NCBI GenBank assembly: GCA_030525705.1
Contig: JAUNEE010000001.1
Span: forward strand, 13,705-77,704
Direction: 5' to 3'
DNA: 64,000 nucleotides
DNA from: Moraxella sp.
Lineage (GTDB): Bacteria; Pseudomonadota; Gammaproteobacteria; Pseudomonadales; Moraxellaceae
The translations under genes and the position numbers were made by a program. Shown in pieces: positions 10,092 through 21,009 of this stretch. Under the pieces are notes generated by a model. The model had not been told where the DNA came from. It worked only from the letters and a program-made list of their open reading frames with translations, and searched no databases. Each line of letters starts with the position of its first letter. The first letter of the stretch is position 1.

Positions 10092-10880
10092 ATGAGTTTA
10101 TCCACGCATGAATTTGACTTATCTCAAGTAGAATTTCATTCTTTTCATTGGGATAATTTTAATCAAGATGTTTTAAATGCTCACAAAAAAGTCATGACGC
10201 ATTTTGGCTTAAATGTCACTTACACCCAAGAAAATATTCCGCATGGGCAATGGCTCGACCGTGTCATTGGGCAATCAAAGAGCAAAGTTGTAGCAATTAT
10301 CGAGCCTGATTTGATTCCTTTAAATAAAGACATTGTCGAAAAAGCAGCTCGGTATGTCTTTGAAAATGATACTTTTTTAGGCTGTGCACAAGTCTCCAAC
10401 CACATTCACCCTGCAACGCACGTTTTTGCGTCCCCCGCATTCTTTTTTATCACTCCAGGCTGCTATGAAAAGCTCGGGCGTCCCTCTTTTTTAGAAACTA
10501 GGCGTGCTGATGTCGCTGAAGAATTAACGTTTGCTGCTGAGCGTATCGGACTACGCTTTAAAACCTTATTTCCAAAATGCTATGAGCGTCCGCCCGTAGA
10601 AGGCGTGTGGCGACTGGGCTCGTATGGGCATTATGGTATTGGTACGGTTTTTGAGGGTGGCGTTTATCACTTATTCCAAAGCCGTCTGGCGGCGAATGTT
10701 GACTTATTTGTCACACGCTGTGAAGAGGTTCTGTCTGGGCGTTTTGATGACAGCAGCTTTATTCCTTGTACGGGATTTGACAAACCTGCACAGGTGGTCG
10801 CCCCACCCTATGCCTATCCTTGGTTCTGCAAAACTAACACCCTAAGACGCTGGTATAGAAGCTATAAAAAACGCTGTTAA
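10092..10880 (+). CDS. hypothetical protein, possible GT-A-like glycan-modifying enzyme
   Basis: 262-aa ORF co-transcribed with a GT; IIEPDLIPL sits where a DxD motif would be. Confidence 0.55.
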   Translation: MSLSTHEFDLSQVEFHSFHWDNFNQDVLNAHKKVMTHFGLNVTYTQENIPHGQWLDRVIGQSKSKVVAIIEPDLIPLNKDIVEKAARYVFENDTFLGCAQVSNHIHPATHVFASPAFFFITPGCYEKLGRPSFLETRRADVAEELTFAAERIGLRFKTLFPKCYERPPVEGVWRLGSYGHYGIGTVFEGGVYHLFQSRLAANVDLFVTRCEEVLSGRFDDSSFIPCTGFDKPAQVVAPPYAYPWFCKTNTLRRWYRSYKKRC

Positions 10881-10882
10881 AA

Positions 10883-10919
10883 ATAAGCACGGCCGATGAT
10901 ATTTTTCGGGTGTGCTTAT
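10883..10919. terminator. stem-loop / terminator
   Basis: ataagcac-ggccga...tcgggt-gtgcttat inverted repeat right after the stop codon. Confidence 0.55.
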
Positions 10920-10950
10920 CTCATGCCTAAAAATTAAATCAATGGATATG

Positions 10951-11035
10951 CCGCTTTAAGCTATGCTTTTTGGGTGAGAAAATAGTGATGGCTCAACTTA
11001 GCTCACCACGAACGATGTTCTTATTTCTCGGCAAG
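10951..11035. repeat. dispersed intergenic element, copy A
   Basis: ccgctttaagctatgctttttgggtgagaaaatagtgatggctcaacttagctcaccacgaacgatgttcttattt aligns by eye with 40071-40150. Confidence 0.65.
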
Positions 11036-11049
11036 TCTCATAAAATTTT

Positions 11050-11937
11050 CTAAAAAATTAACCAGTCAGCACCTTCTTTTTTAATGCGTCTAATAATATC
11101 AAATGTTACTTTCCATCTTAATAAGTCTTCTTTACGATAATCACTAATCAAACCAAACAAATTTTTAGCCCGATAAATGACAATGCGTTTGATTGATTTT
11201 CTATAGGTTTTATTGATAAGGTCTTTAAATTTTTTATCATCAAAATGTTTTTTGGCGAACAAAAAACGAGAGCGATACCAACGATGATAAAAATCATAAT
11301 TCTTAAAAGGTTCACTCGCACCGCCTAAATGACGAACGCTCAAATCATCGAACTTTATCAAAGGCAGCCCTGCCTTTTTTATTCTAAAGCACAAATCCAC
11401 ATCTTCACAGTACATAAAAAAGTCCGCATCAAAACCACCCAAATCCATAAAAACCGAGCGTCTTAAATACAAAAAAGAACCCTGAAACCAGCAGATTTGC
11501 CCATCATAACCCAACGCATCATTAAACTCATAATGATAATACGTGGAAACGTCTTCATCATTATCATTTAAAATACAGCAACTTGCCACGCCGAAGTGAC
11601 CTTTTGTTTCCGCCTTAGTTAAAAGCTGTGTCAGCACATTAGCATCATGCAGGCGTATGTCTGGATTGATGATTAAAAGATATTCTCCAGAGGCTCGGCT
11701 GGCAGCAAGATTCATCGCTCGTCCAAAGCCGATATTCTCAACAGAATAAACTATATGCAGATTTAAGAAGGATAAATTTGTGTCACCAAGCTGCGTCTTT
11801 AGGGTGTTGCTTTGGCTATTATCTACAATAATAATCTCAAAAGCATCGGGCGTCAAAGACTGCCTTGCTACATCATGCAATAAATTCATAATGTGAGATT
11901 CTGTATGATAATTTACTAGCAGCAACGAAAGCTTCAT
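11050..11937 (-). CDS. GT2 glycosyltransferase, WbbL-like (probable rhamnosyltransferase)
   Basis: LLVNYH, IIVDNS, NIGFGRAMN, INPD, GGFDADFFMYCEDVDLCFR, HLGGAS; rml genes nearby. Confidence 0.85.
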   Translation of the reverse strand: MKLSLLLVNYHTESHIMNLLHDVARQSLTPDAFEIIIVDNSQSNTLKTQLGDTNLSFLNLHIVYSVENIGFGRAMNLAASRASGEYLLIINPDIRLHDANVLTQLLTKAETKGHFGVASCCILNDNDEDVSTYYHYEFNDALGYDGQICWFQGSFLYLRRSVFMDLGGFDADFFMYCEDVDLCFRIKKAGLPLIKFDDLSVRHLGGASEPFKNYDFYHRWYRSRFLFAKKHFDDKKFKDLINKTYRKSIKRIVIYRAKNLFGLISDYRKEDLLRWKVTFDIIRRIKKEGADWLIF

Positions 11938-12264
11938 GGGTTTTTCACTTTTTATAGGATTTTTTCTATTTTATCATGACTGTTTATACTTTTCCATCTA
12001 TCCTGCTGTATACTTATGTTAAAGAAATTTTAGCATTTTTTTCATAATTATGTTAAAATGAAAGCCTGTTTTTTCTAGAAAAAAGTTTTTATTGCAAAAA
12101 ACTTTTTGGTTTATTGGTGAATTGTAAAGTTACTTGGTATCAATTCTGAAGCCACACGGGTACTTAAAGCCGTTATGAAAGAATATTATGCCCGTGTACT
12201 CATTTGGATATTTTTTAATCATTACTAAATCATCATTAAAAATATTTAACAAATAAGCGTCATT

Positions 12265-14121
12265 ATGATAGAAAAACTCACATTCGGCTTATTCAAAGAA
12301 GAAGATTCCCGCAATTTTATGCGGCTAATGGCTTATGTTAAGCCCTATAAGGCGCGCATTGCTTTTGCTTTATTGGCGATTATTGGTGTCGCCATCACCG
12401 AGAGTTATTTGGCAGCATTTTTAGCACCGCTGATAAATCAAGGCTTCTCCACCCCCACAGGCGTACCGCCGCAAATACCAGAGAATCTTACAGGCATTGC
12501 CAGCACTTTAATTCATTGGAAAAATCAATTCCATTACGCCATCTGGGAAACAGAAAATAAAGTGTGGGTTGTGCCTTTATTTTTTATGTCTTTGGTTGTT
12601 TTTCGGGGTATTTGTCGCTTTGTCAGTAGTTATTTGATGACATGGGTGGCGGTGGTAACGGTCAGTAATTTACGCCGAGATATGTTTGATAAAATGCTTT
12701 CTTTGCCCTCAAAAGAGTTTCAGGAGACACCATCTGGGGTGATGTTAATGAACATGGTGCAAATGGCAGAAAGTTCTTTTAATAACGCCGCCAACGCCTT
12801 TATCGTTTTAACTCGAGATACATTGATTGTTATTGGCTTGGTATGTGTTCTTTTATATCTAAACTGGCAGTTAAGTTTGATTGTTTTGTTGATGTTTCCA
12901 GTGCTTTCGGGATTATCTCGTTATTATAGAAATAAGCTCAAAGAAGTAATTAACAGCGCCCAGCTTTCAATCGGCTCTTTAAACAACACAGTCAATGAAG
13001 TGCATCAAGGTCACAGGGTGATAAAGCTGTTCGGCGGTCATGGTCAAGCAGCCGCCAGATTCGCCGCCGTTAATGGCACCATTGTGCGTCTGGGCAAAAA
13101 AATCACTCAGGCGACATCGGCACGTTCGCCTTTTAGCGAGGTGATTGGTTCTATGGCTTTGGCGGTGGTGATTTTTATTGCACTTTGGCAAAGTCAAAAA
13201 GGTCTAACCACCATCGGTGAATTCATTGCTTTTATCGTCGCAATGATGCAAATGTTCGGACCAATCAAAAATCTGGCCAATGTCAGCATTCCCATGCAAA
13301 CCATGTTTTTAGCGGCAGATGGCGTATGTCAATTTATGGATTTAAATTCCGAAACCGATAATGGCAAAATTGAATTAAAAAACGTGGTTGGTTCTTTAAA
13401 ATATAAGAATATTTATGTAAAATACGCAGCAGAAAACAAAAATGCGTTGGATAATTTCAATCTAGACATTAAAGCGGGTGAAAAAATTGCCCTAGTGGGT
13501 CGTTCTGGCAGTGGCAAAAGCACCGCTGTTAATTTACTGCCCCGCTTTGTCGAAGCGACAGCAGGGGAAATTCTTTTAGATGGCGTAAATATTGACGAGA
13601 TTAGCCTAAGAAGCTTGCGTAGCCAGTTTGCGCTTGTTTCTCAAGAAACTTTTTTATTCGATGACACCTTATTTGAAAATGTCCGCTACTCTAAACCCGA
13701 CGCAACAGAAACTGAGGTGCTAGCGGCATTAGAGGCTGCCAATTTAAAAGAAATGGTGCAATCCTCGCCCGAGGGTTTACACCAACGCATCGGTCCAAAT
13801 GGCAGCAACCTTTCGGGCGGACAGCGTCAAAGGGTTTCCATTGCCCGTGCCATCTTAAAAGACGCACCGATTTTACTCCTAGATGAGGCAACCAGTGCCT
13901 TAGACAATGAATCGGAACACTTGGTGCAGCAGGCCTTAGAACGCCTTATGCGTGGACGCACCAGCATTATCGTGGCACACCGCCTTACCACCATTGAGCA
14001 GGCGGATCGCATTGTTGTGATGGACGAAGGGCGAATCATCGAAGAGGGGTCGCACCACGCACTCATGTCAGAAGGCGGTTATTATGCCAAATTACGTAAT
14101 CTTAGTGCTTTAAATGCTTAA
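12265..14121 (+). CDS. msbA: MsbA-family ABC half-transporter (lipid-glycan flippase)
   Basis: Six-TM domain plus NBD: GRSGSGKS, LSGGQRQR, LLLDEATSALDNESE, IVAHRL. Confidence 0.88.
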   Translation: MIEKLTFGLFKEEDSRNFMRLMAYVKPYKARIAFALLAIIGVAITESYLAAFLAPLINQGFSTPTGVPPQIPENLTGIASTLIHWKNQFHYAIWETENKVWVVPLFFMSLVVFRGICRFVSSYLMTWVAVVTVSNLRRDMFDKMLSLPSKEFQETPSGVMLMNMVQMAESSFNNAANAFIVLTRDTLIVIGLVCVLLYLNWQLSLIVLLMFPVLSGLSRYYRNKLKEVINSAQLSIGSLNNTVNEVHQGHRVIKLFGGHGQAAARFAAVNGTIVRLGKKITQATSARSPFSEVIGSMALAVVIFIALWQSQKGLTTIGEFIAFIVAMMQMFGPIKNLANVSIPMQTMFLAADGVCQFMDLNSETDNGKIELKNVVGSLKYKNIYVKYAAENKNALDNFNLDIKAGEKIALVGRSGSGKSTAVNLLPRFVEATAGEILLDGVNIDEISLRSLRSQFALVSQETFLFDDTLFENVRYSKPDATETEVLAALEAANLKEMVQSSPEGLHQRIGPNGSNLSGGQRQRVSIARAILKDAPILLLDEATSALDNESEHLVQQALERLMRGRTSIIVAHRLTTIEQADRIVVMDEGRIIEEGSHHALMSEGGYYAKLRNLSALNA

Positions 14122-14148
14122 TTTCATATTTTTTTATAATGCAAGAAA

Positions 14149-17100
14149 GTGACTATGCTATCACCTAATCTCCCTTTAATTTCTATCATCATTCCTTATT
14201 ATAATTGCAAAGAATATATTGCAGAAACCCTGCAGTCTATTGAAATGCAAACTTATATGAATATCGAAACCATTGTGATCAATGATGGCTCAGATAGACC
14301 TAATACTGCCTATATTGAATCTTTAATTCAAAGAAAAAAAGCAGAGCACAAAAACATTCATTACGCCTACCAAACAAACAAAGGGGTTTCCTCTGCTAGA
14401 AATACGGGTGGTCGTTTAGCTTGTGGTGATTATATTTTATTTTTAGATGCTGATGATAAATTACACCCAGAATTTATTCAAAAAACCTTATCCGCATTTA
14501 TCCATACACCTAACTGCGTTTTGGCTTATACCAAAGCAGAATATTTTGACGCCAAAGTAGGCGAATGGAAACTGCCGCCCTATGTAGGCATTAAAAGCCT
14601 ATTAACGGGGAATAAAATTCCCGTGACTGCTTTACATCGCATGAGTGACTTTATTCGTCTGCATGGTTTTGATGAACATCTACAGAATCACGAAGATTGG
14701 GATTATTGGATTCGCCTTTTAAAAGATGGCGGTGCGGTTGCTTATTTGACGGATATTTTGTTTTTTTATAGAAAAAGGCAAAATAACAGCTCGCTTAGTG
14801 ACAGTTTACTGAGTATAGGCTATCAACGAGCATGGCAAGCAGTTTATGATAAAAATAAAGAACTGTATCTACAGCACAATCTAAGTTTTTTTGATTTGGC
14901 ATCTTCTGTCGCAAATGCAGAAAGCTGGCAGAAAAAATATGAGGAAATGAGTGCTGTGCAAGTCACCACACTTGCCAGCCAAACTCATGTCTTAAATCAA
15001 CAAACAGCCTTAATTGAGCAAATTAACACTCTGCAAGAAAGATTGGCTGAGCACGAGTCTTTAATCAAAGAACAGCAAAAAGAAATTCAGCTTTGGCAAA
15101 AAAAATATGAAGACGGCATTCAAGAAAATAATACAGCCTTAAATCAATACAATACCACCTTAAATCACCAGTTAAACTTGGCTGACAAAAATAACAGATT
15201 GCAAAAAGATTTGATTGCCGCAGCCCAAGAGGCTTTAGCGATGAAATCTGAAAATGAACGATTGTCAAAAGAAAATATGACAATCTTAGCGGATAAAGCC
15301 CTCGCCGAAAATCATTTGGCACTCATCAATCACGCCCATCAAAATGTATTTACACAGCTAGAACAACAATCACATAAGCATAAAAAATACAAAAATCTGG
15401 TTATTTTGCAGTTATTAAAACCGCTTATTCAGTTAGAAGTCGGCTTGCGTTCCTTGAATCGCTACCGCAAGGCATTTCGCATATTGGTGCAAGAAAAAGG
15501 CAGTTTAGGCAAAGCCTATCAAACCTTCCGCCGTCATGTAAAACAGCATGGATTAAAAAGCGGGAAACGCCTATTAAAAAAGACATTGACCGATAACCGT
15601 TCCGCCTTTGACACCCCCGTACTTTTTACTCAGGTCTTAGAATATAAATCGGACTATCAACCAAAAGTATCTGTCATCGTTCCAAATTATAACCATGCCG
15701 ATTATATGGTTGATAGACTTTCTTCTATCATCAATCAAAGTTATAAAAATATTGAACTTATTATTTTAGATGACAATTCATCGGATAATAGCATAGCAGT
15801 CATTGAGGGATTTTTAGCAGATAAATCCATTGATTATCAACTCATAAAAAATGAAAAAAATTCAGGCAATGTTTTTAAGCAGTGGAAAAAGGGCTTTGAA
15901 TTAGCCACAGGTAAGCTTGTTTGGATTTGCGAAAGTGATGACACTTGTGAGCCTAACTTTTTACAGGAAATTGTTCCGCACTTTAGAGAGCAGACGGTTA
16001 ATATTGCCTTTGGTCGCATTCAGTTTATTGATAAAAAAGGTAATTTTTTAGAGGGCTTGGACGCTTATAGAGAAAGAAGCGAACAAGGCATTTGGCAGAG
16101 CGTCTGCATTCGACCCGCCTTTGAATGGTTCAATCAAGCCTTCGGTGTGAGCAATGTTTTTGCGAACGCCAGCGGTGGGTTAATACGCCGCCAATCACTA
16201 GCACCAAAAATCTGGGAGAATGCCACTAACTTTAAAATTTGTGGTGACTGGTATTTGTATCTGCACTTTGCCAATGCAGGTAGGATTGCTTACGTTCCAA
16301 CAGCGGTTTCTTATTTTCGTCAACACCAAAAGAACACCTCTGCAAGCAATTTCAACCAGCTTTATTATTATGAAGAGCATTTTCGCATTTTAAGTGAAAT
16401 TAAAAAAGTTTGGCGTATTTCACCCAGTACAGAGAAAAAATTTATTGATTCTATTAAAGAGCAATACGAGCGAATGAATATGCAAAAAACACAGGGTGAA
16501 TTTCATCTTGCGTTTAAAGAGCAGTTCTCACACATGAACCAGCTTAATGATATTAGTTTGCACATTCAAATATACTTTTTAGGTTTTCACCCTGGTGGCG
16601 GTGAGTTGTTCCCGATTGTACTTGCCAATCAATTAAAAGCGCTTGGGCATACCATCTCTATGGTCGCCTTGGATTTTAATTATGTGAATTTAGATATGAA
16701 AAATAAGCTAAATGACAGTATTCCTGTTTATCATATCTCTGAGTTACAAAATAATCCACATTTTCTTAAAAATCTAGGCGTTGATGTCATTCATACGCAC
16801 ATTTCAGGTGCTGACCATCATTTAATCAATTATCTTGAAAGAAATAATCTTTCCATTCCCTATCTTGTAACCATGCATGGTTCTCATGATAGAACATTTG
16901 ATGATTATAGCATTGTCAGTACTGAAAAAATGATAAAGTATGTCTCAAAATGGATATATATTGCGGATAAAAATTTGGCATTTTTCCATGATTTGTCGAT
17001 ACCGAAAAATATCAAAAAACTACCCAACGCCATGCCAAAAGACACGAATAAATCAGCTCACAGCAGACACTCTCTTGGCATAAAAGATACAGACATTGCC

Positions 17101-17661
17101 TTTGCATTTGCTGCTAGAGGCATATTTGAAAAAGGCTGGCTGCAGTTAGTAACAGCGTTTGAGGCGGCACTTAAAAAGGAAATGAAGCAAAATATTCATT
17201 TGGTATTGATGGGTTCTGGTGATGCTACCAATGAAGCAAAAAAACTCAGCACGCATACCAATATCCATTTTTTAGGCTATGAATCTGCGGTGAATGATGT
17301 GCTTGCCTTTTCTGATTGTGCTATTTTGCCGTCAAGATTTGCAGGCGAAAGCTATCCTTTGTTTTTAATTCAAGCCATTCAAGAGCATTTGCCCTGTATC
17401 GCCACAGACATTGGTGAGATAAATAATATGCTTGCTTTTAATGACAAAGAATCGGCAGGCATATTATTGCCCAATACACAAAATGACGCTGAATTCATAG
17501 AAGCCTTATCAAACGCAATAATGACCATGTGTGATGACAAAATCCGTTTGGCATATCAAGCGTGCTCTAAAAAAATAGCTGACAGATATGACATGAATTC
17601 ATTGGCATTAGAATATCTGGCTCAGTATGCAGATGCCATGCAAATCAATAGCGAAAAATAG
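14149..17661 (+). CDS. multidomain glycosyltransferase GT2 - coiled coil - GT2 - GT4
   Basis: GT2 ([25 protein letters not shown]), then Q/E/L-rich heptads, a second GT2 ([25 protein letters not shown]) and a GT4 ([26 protein letters not shown]). Confidence 0.88.
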   Translation: MTMLSPNLPLISIIIPYYNCKEYIAETLQSIEMQTYMNIETIVINDGSDRPNTAYIESLIQRKKAEHKNIHYAYQTNKGVSSARNTGGRLACGDYILFLDADDKLHPEFIQKTLSAFIHTPNCVLAYTKAEYFDAKVGEWKLPPYVGIKSLLTGNKIPVTALHRMSDFIRLHGFDEHLQNHEDWDYWIRLLKDGGAVAYLTDILFFYRKRQNNSSLSDSLLSIGYQRAWQAVYDKNKELYLQHNLSFFDLASSVANAESWQKKYEEMSAVQVTTLASQTHVLNQQTALIEQINTLQERLAEHESLIKEQQKEIQLWQKKYEDGIQENNTALNQYNTTLNHQLNLADKNNRLQKDLIAAAQEALAMKSENERLSKENMTILADKALAENHLALINHAHQNVFTQLEQQSHKHKKYKNLVILQLLKPLIQLEVGLRSLNRYRKAFRILVQEKGSLGKAYQTFRRHVKQHGLKSGKRLLKKTLTDNRSAFDTPVLFTQVLEYKSDYQPKVSVIVPNYNHADYMVDRLSSIINQSYKNIELIILDDNSSDNSIAVIEGFLADKSIDYQLIKNEKNSGNVFKQWKKGFELATGKLVWICESDDTCEPNFLQEIVPHFREQTVNIAFGRIQFIDKKGNFLEGLDAYRERSEQGIWQSVCIRPAFEWFNQAFGVSNVFANASGGLIRRQSLAPKIWENATNFKICGDWYLYLHFANAGRIAYVPTAVSYFRQHQKNTSASNFNQLYYYEEHFRILSEIKKVWRISPSTEKKFIDSIKEQYERMNMQKTQGEFHLAFKEQFSHMNQLNDISLHIQIYFLGFHPGGGELFPIVLANQLKALGHTISMVALDFNYVNLDMKNKLNDSIPVYHISELQNNPHFLKNLGVDVIHTHISGADHHLINYLERNNLSIPYLVTMHGSHDRTFDDYSIVSTEKMIKYVSKWIYIADKNLAFFHDLSIPKNIKKLPNAMPKDTNKSAHSRHSLGIKDTDIAFAFAARGIFEKGWLQLVTAFEAALKKEMKQNIHLVLMGSGDATNEAKKLSTHTNIHFLGYESAVNDVLAFSDCAILPSRFAGESYPLFLIQAIQEHLPCIATDIGEINNMLAFNDKESAGILLPNTQNDAEFIEALSNAIMTMCDDKIRLAYQACSKKIADRYDMNSLALEYLAQYADAMQINSEK

Positions 17662-17671
17662 GAAATTGCTT

Positions 17672-18739
17672 ATGAATATTTTAATTACAGGCGGTGCGGG
17701 ATTTATCGGTTCTGCGGTGGTACGCCATATTATTAACCACACCGAGCACCGAGTATTAAATGTGGATAAACTCACCTATGCAGGAAATCTAGAATCCCTA
17801 AAAAGCGTGAGCGATAATCCGAACTATCACTTTAGCCAAACAGACATTTGCGACTATGAAAAAATGCAGGCACTGTTTGAGACATTCGCCCCTGATATCG
17901 TCATGCACTTAGCGGCAGAAAGCCATGTTGACCGCTCCATCGCAGGGGCGTCAGAATTTATCCAAACGAACATCATTGGCACATTCACGCTGTTAGAAGT
18001 GGCACGCCATTATTACACCAAGCTTGACGATGAAAAAAAGTCCCGTTTTCGCTTTCATCACATTTCCACCGATGAGGTCTATGGCGACCTAGAAGGCACG
18101 GACGATTTATTTCTTGAAACAACACCCTACGCCCCAAGCTCGCCCTATTCCGCTAGTAAAGCAAGCTCTGACCACCTTGTGCGGGCGTGGCATAGAACCT
18201 ACGGACTACCCGTGGTCATCACCAACTGCTCTAACAACTATGGTCCTTATCACTTCCCTGAAAAACTGATTCCTTTGACCATCTTAAATGCACTAAACGG
18301 TAAGCCCTTGCCCGTCTATGGTAACGGGCTACAGATTCGGGACTGGTTGTATGTCGAAGACCACGCCCGTGCGTTATTTTTGGTGGCGACTACCGCTAAA
18401 ATCGGTGAAACTTATAATATCGGCGGACACAATGAACAAAAAAACATTGATGTCGTCCATGCCATCTGCGAGCTACTAGAAGAACTTGCCCCGAATAAAC
18501 CTGCGGGCGTGACGCACTATCGCGACCTTGTCACCTATGTAAAAGACCGCCCAGGGCATGATTTGCGTTATGCCATTGACGCCAGTAAAATCGAAAAAGA
18601 CCTTGGCTGGACGCCCGAAGAAACCTTCGCTACAGGATTAAAAAAGACCGTACAATGGTACTTGGACAATCAAGACTGGGTAAAAAATGTCCAAAGTGGT
18701 GACTATCAAAACTGGCTAAAAACCCAGTACCAAGCCTAA
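17672..18739 (+). CDS. rfbB: dTDP-glucose 4,6-dehydratase
   Basis: [35 protein letters not shown]. Confidence 0.97.
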   Translation: MNILITGGAGFIGSAVVRHIINHTEHRVLNVDKLTYAGNLESLKSVSDNPNYHFSQTDICDYEKMQALFETFAPDIVMHLAAESHVDRSIAGASEFIQTNIIGTFTLLEVARHYYTKLDDEKKSRFRFHHISTDEVYGDLEGTDDLFLETTPYAPSSPYSASKASSDHLVRAWHRTYGLPVVITNCSNNYGPYHFPEKLIPLTILNALNGKPLPVYGNGLQIRDWLYVEDHARALFLVATTAKIGETYNIGGHNEQKNIDVVHAICELLEELAPNKPAGVTHYRDLVTYVKDRPGHDLRYAIDASKIEKDLGWTPEETFATGLKKTVQWYLDNQDWVKNVQSGDYQNWLKTQYQA

Positions 18740-18762
18740 ATTTTCAGCCAAAAGAGCACATT

Positions 18763-19659
18763 ATGACAAAGATTCTACTACTAGGAAAAAATGGACAAGT
18801 CGGCTTCGAGCTGGCACGCAGCTTACAGCCGTTGGGCAAGGTGATTGCCCTAGATAGAGCCACAGGCGGCGATGTCACCGATTTTTCACAAATGACGCAG
18901 GCATTTGCCAGCCACCGTCCGCATTTTGTGGTGAATGCTACCGCCTACACGGCAGTGGATAAAGCCGAAGAGGATAAAGACACCGCCGATTTAGTCAATC
19001 ATCTGGCGGTGGCTCATTTGGCACAGCTTGCCAAGGCACAGGGCAGCATTTTAATCCATTATTCCACGGATTATGTCTTTGATGGCACGGGTGAGGCGTT
19101 TTGGATAGAGACGGACGCCACAAACCCCGTTAACCACTACGGGGCAACCAAACGTGCAGGCGAGCTTGCCCTTGAGCATAGCGGAGCGGATTTTATCAAT
19201 CTTCGTACCAGCTGGGTGTTTGGTACACACGGCAACAATTTTCTTAAAACCATGCTAAAACTCGCCAAAGACAAAAAAACGCTCGGCATTATCCACGACC
19301 AAGTCGGCAGTCCCACCCCCGCCCAGCTTATCGCTGATGTCACCGCACAGATTATCCGCCAGCTTCAGCTAAACCCCGATTTTCAGGCATTCGGGCATTA
19401 TCATTTAAGTACGGGCGGGCTCTGCTCATGGTATGACTATGCAACTTTTATTTTCAAAGAGGCGCGTACGCTTGGCATGACACTTGTAGTAGAGGAAGTC
19501 AACGCCATCACGACCACCGACTACCCCACCCCCGCCAAGCGTCCGCATAACTCACGGTTGGACACAGGCAAGCTAAAAAGTACCTTTGGACTGTCCTTAC
19601 CCCACTGGCAACATGGCGTCACATACGTTTTAAAGGAGTTAATTCATGACAGGAGCTAA
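18763..19659 (+). CDS. rfbD: dTDP-4-dehydrorhamnose reductase
   Basis: [36 protein letters not shown]. Confidence 0.97.
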   Translation: MTKILLLGKNGQVGFELARSLQPLGKVIALDRATGGDVTDFSQMTQAFASHRPHFVVNATAYTAVDKAEEDKDTADLVNHLAVAHLAQLAKAQGSILIHYSTDYVFDGTGEAFWIETDATNPVNHYGATKRAGELALEHSGADFINLRTSWVFGTHGNNFLKTMLKLAKDKKTLGIIHDQVGSPTPAQLIADVTAQIIRQLQLNPDFQAFGHYHLSTGGLCSWYDYATFIFKEARTLGMTLVVEEVNAITTTDYPTPAKRPHNSRLDTGKLKSTFGLSLPHWQHGVTYVLKELIHDRS

Positions 19660-20557
19660 TATGAAAAAATGCAAAGGCATTATCCTAGCAGGCGGTTCAG
19701 GCACACGCCTACACCCCATTACTATGGGCGTCTCTAAGCAGCTATTACCAATTTATGACAAACCGATGATTTATTATCCCTTGTCGGTGTTAATGCTGGC
19801 GGGCATTCAGGAGATTCTTATCATTTCCACGCCTGAGGATTTGCCAAACTTTGAAAAAATGCTTGGCACGGGTGAAAACATCGGCTTAAAATTGTCCTAC
19901 AAAGTTCAGCCCAGCCCTGATGGCTTGGCACAGGCATTTATTTTAGGCGAGGAATTTATCGGCGAAGACAACGTCTGCTTAATTTTGGGCGATAATATTT
20001 TCTACGGTCAGCACTTTAGTGCACAATTACGCCGTGCCAGCGAGCAGACCACAGGTGCGACCGTTTTCGGGTATTATGTCAATGACCCCGAGCGTTTCGG
20101 GGTTGTGGAATTTGACAAAGACGGCAAAGCATTATCCATCGAAGAAAAGCCCACAAAACCAAAATCCAATTATGCCGTCACAGGTCTGTATTTTTATGAC
20201 AATGACGTGGTAGAAATCGCCAAAAACATTCAGCCTTCCGCCCGTGGCGAGCTTGAAATCACGGATGTCAATAATCTTTATCTAAAAAGAAACAGTCTCA
20301 ATGTCGAGCTTTTGGGGCGTGGCTTTGCATGGCTGGATACAGGAACGCATGACAGCTTATTAGATGCCGGTCACTTTGTGCAGACCATCGAGCATCGTCA
20401 AGGCTTAAAGATTGCCTGCCTAGAAGAAATCGCCTATGCTAATGGCTGGATTGATCAAGCTCAGCTAGTAAAACAAGGTGAATTATTCAAAAAAACAGGC
20501 TATGGGCAGTACCTTTTAAAGCTTGCTAAAGAACCCAAAATGTCCGAGCTTTTATAA
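19646..20557 (+). CDS. rfbA: glucose-1-phosphate thymidylyltransferase
   Basis: [35 protein letters not shown]. Alternative start at 19661; both starts have AGGAG. Confidence 0.97.
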   Translation: MTGANMKKCKGIILAGGSGTRLHPITMGVSKQLLPIYDKPMIYYPLSVLMLAGIQEILIISTPEDLPNFEKMLGTGENIGLKLSYKVQPSPDGLAQAFILGEEFIGEDNVCLILGDNIFYGQHFSAQLRRASEQTTGATVFGYYVNDPERFGVVEFDKDGKALSIEEKPTKPKSNYAVTGLYFYDNDVVEIAKNIQPSARGELEITDVNNLYLKRNSLNVELLGRGFAWLDTGTHDSLLDAGHFVQTIEHRQGLKIACLEEIAYANGWIDQAQLVKQGELFKKTGYGQYLLKLAKEPKMSELL

Positions 20558-20594
20558 ATCGGTGATTTTTAAACCCAGTCATAACGAGCATCAC

Positions 20595-21005
20595 ATGAAA
20601 CAACCTCTTGACGCATCTTCCGACACGTTCGCCAAAAGCATGAAAGGCAAAACAGGCTTCGGACGCATTAAAAAAGCCTTTGGGTATTCTTGTGATGGCT
20701 TTTTGGCGGCATACCGAAGTGAGGCGGCGTTTCGGCAGGTGGTGTGGCTAAATGCCGTACTGTGTCTGCTTTTGTGCTTTTTGCCTTTTGCTTTGACGGT
20801 GAAAATGCTGTTGATTATCATCTCTGCGATTTCAGTGATTGTGGAGCTGTTTAACACAGGGCTTGAAGCAGTGGTAGATAGAATCTCAGATGAATACCAC
20901 CCACTCTCAAAAGTCGCTAAAGATGTTGGTTCGGCGGCGCAGTTTTTAACTCTATGCGTGCAGTGTCTGTTATGGGCATTGGCGATTTTTAGTCTTTTTT
21001 GGTAG
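20595..21005 (+). CDS. dgkA: diacylglycerol kinase (DgkA family)
   Basis: RIKKAFGYSCDG, EAAFRQ, VELFNTGLEAVVDRIS, AKDVGSAA; three TM helices. Confidence 0.93.
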   Translation: MKQPLDASSDTFAKSMKGKTGFGRIKKAFGYSCDGFLAAYRSEAAFRQVVWLNAVLCLLLCFLPFALTVKMLLIIISAISVIVELFNTGLEAVVDRISDEYHPLSKVAKDVGSAAQFLTLCVQCLLWALAIFSLFW

Positions 21006-21009
21006 GTAA

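Noticed and set aside
10681-10690. Neisseria DNA uptake sequence as support for horizontal transfer
   Set aside because: Only gccgtctg matches; I did not see the full GCCGTCTGAA in the locus.
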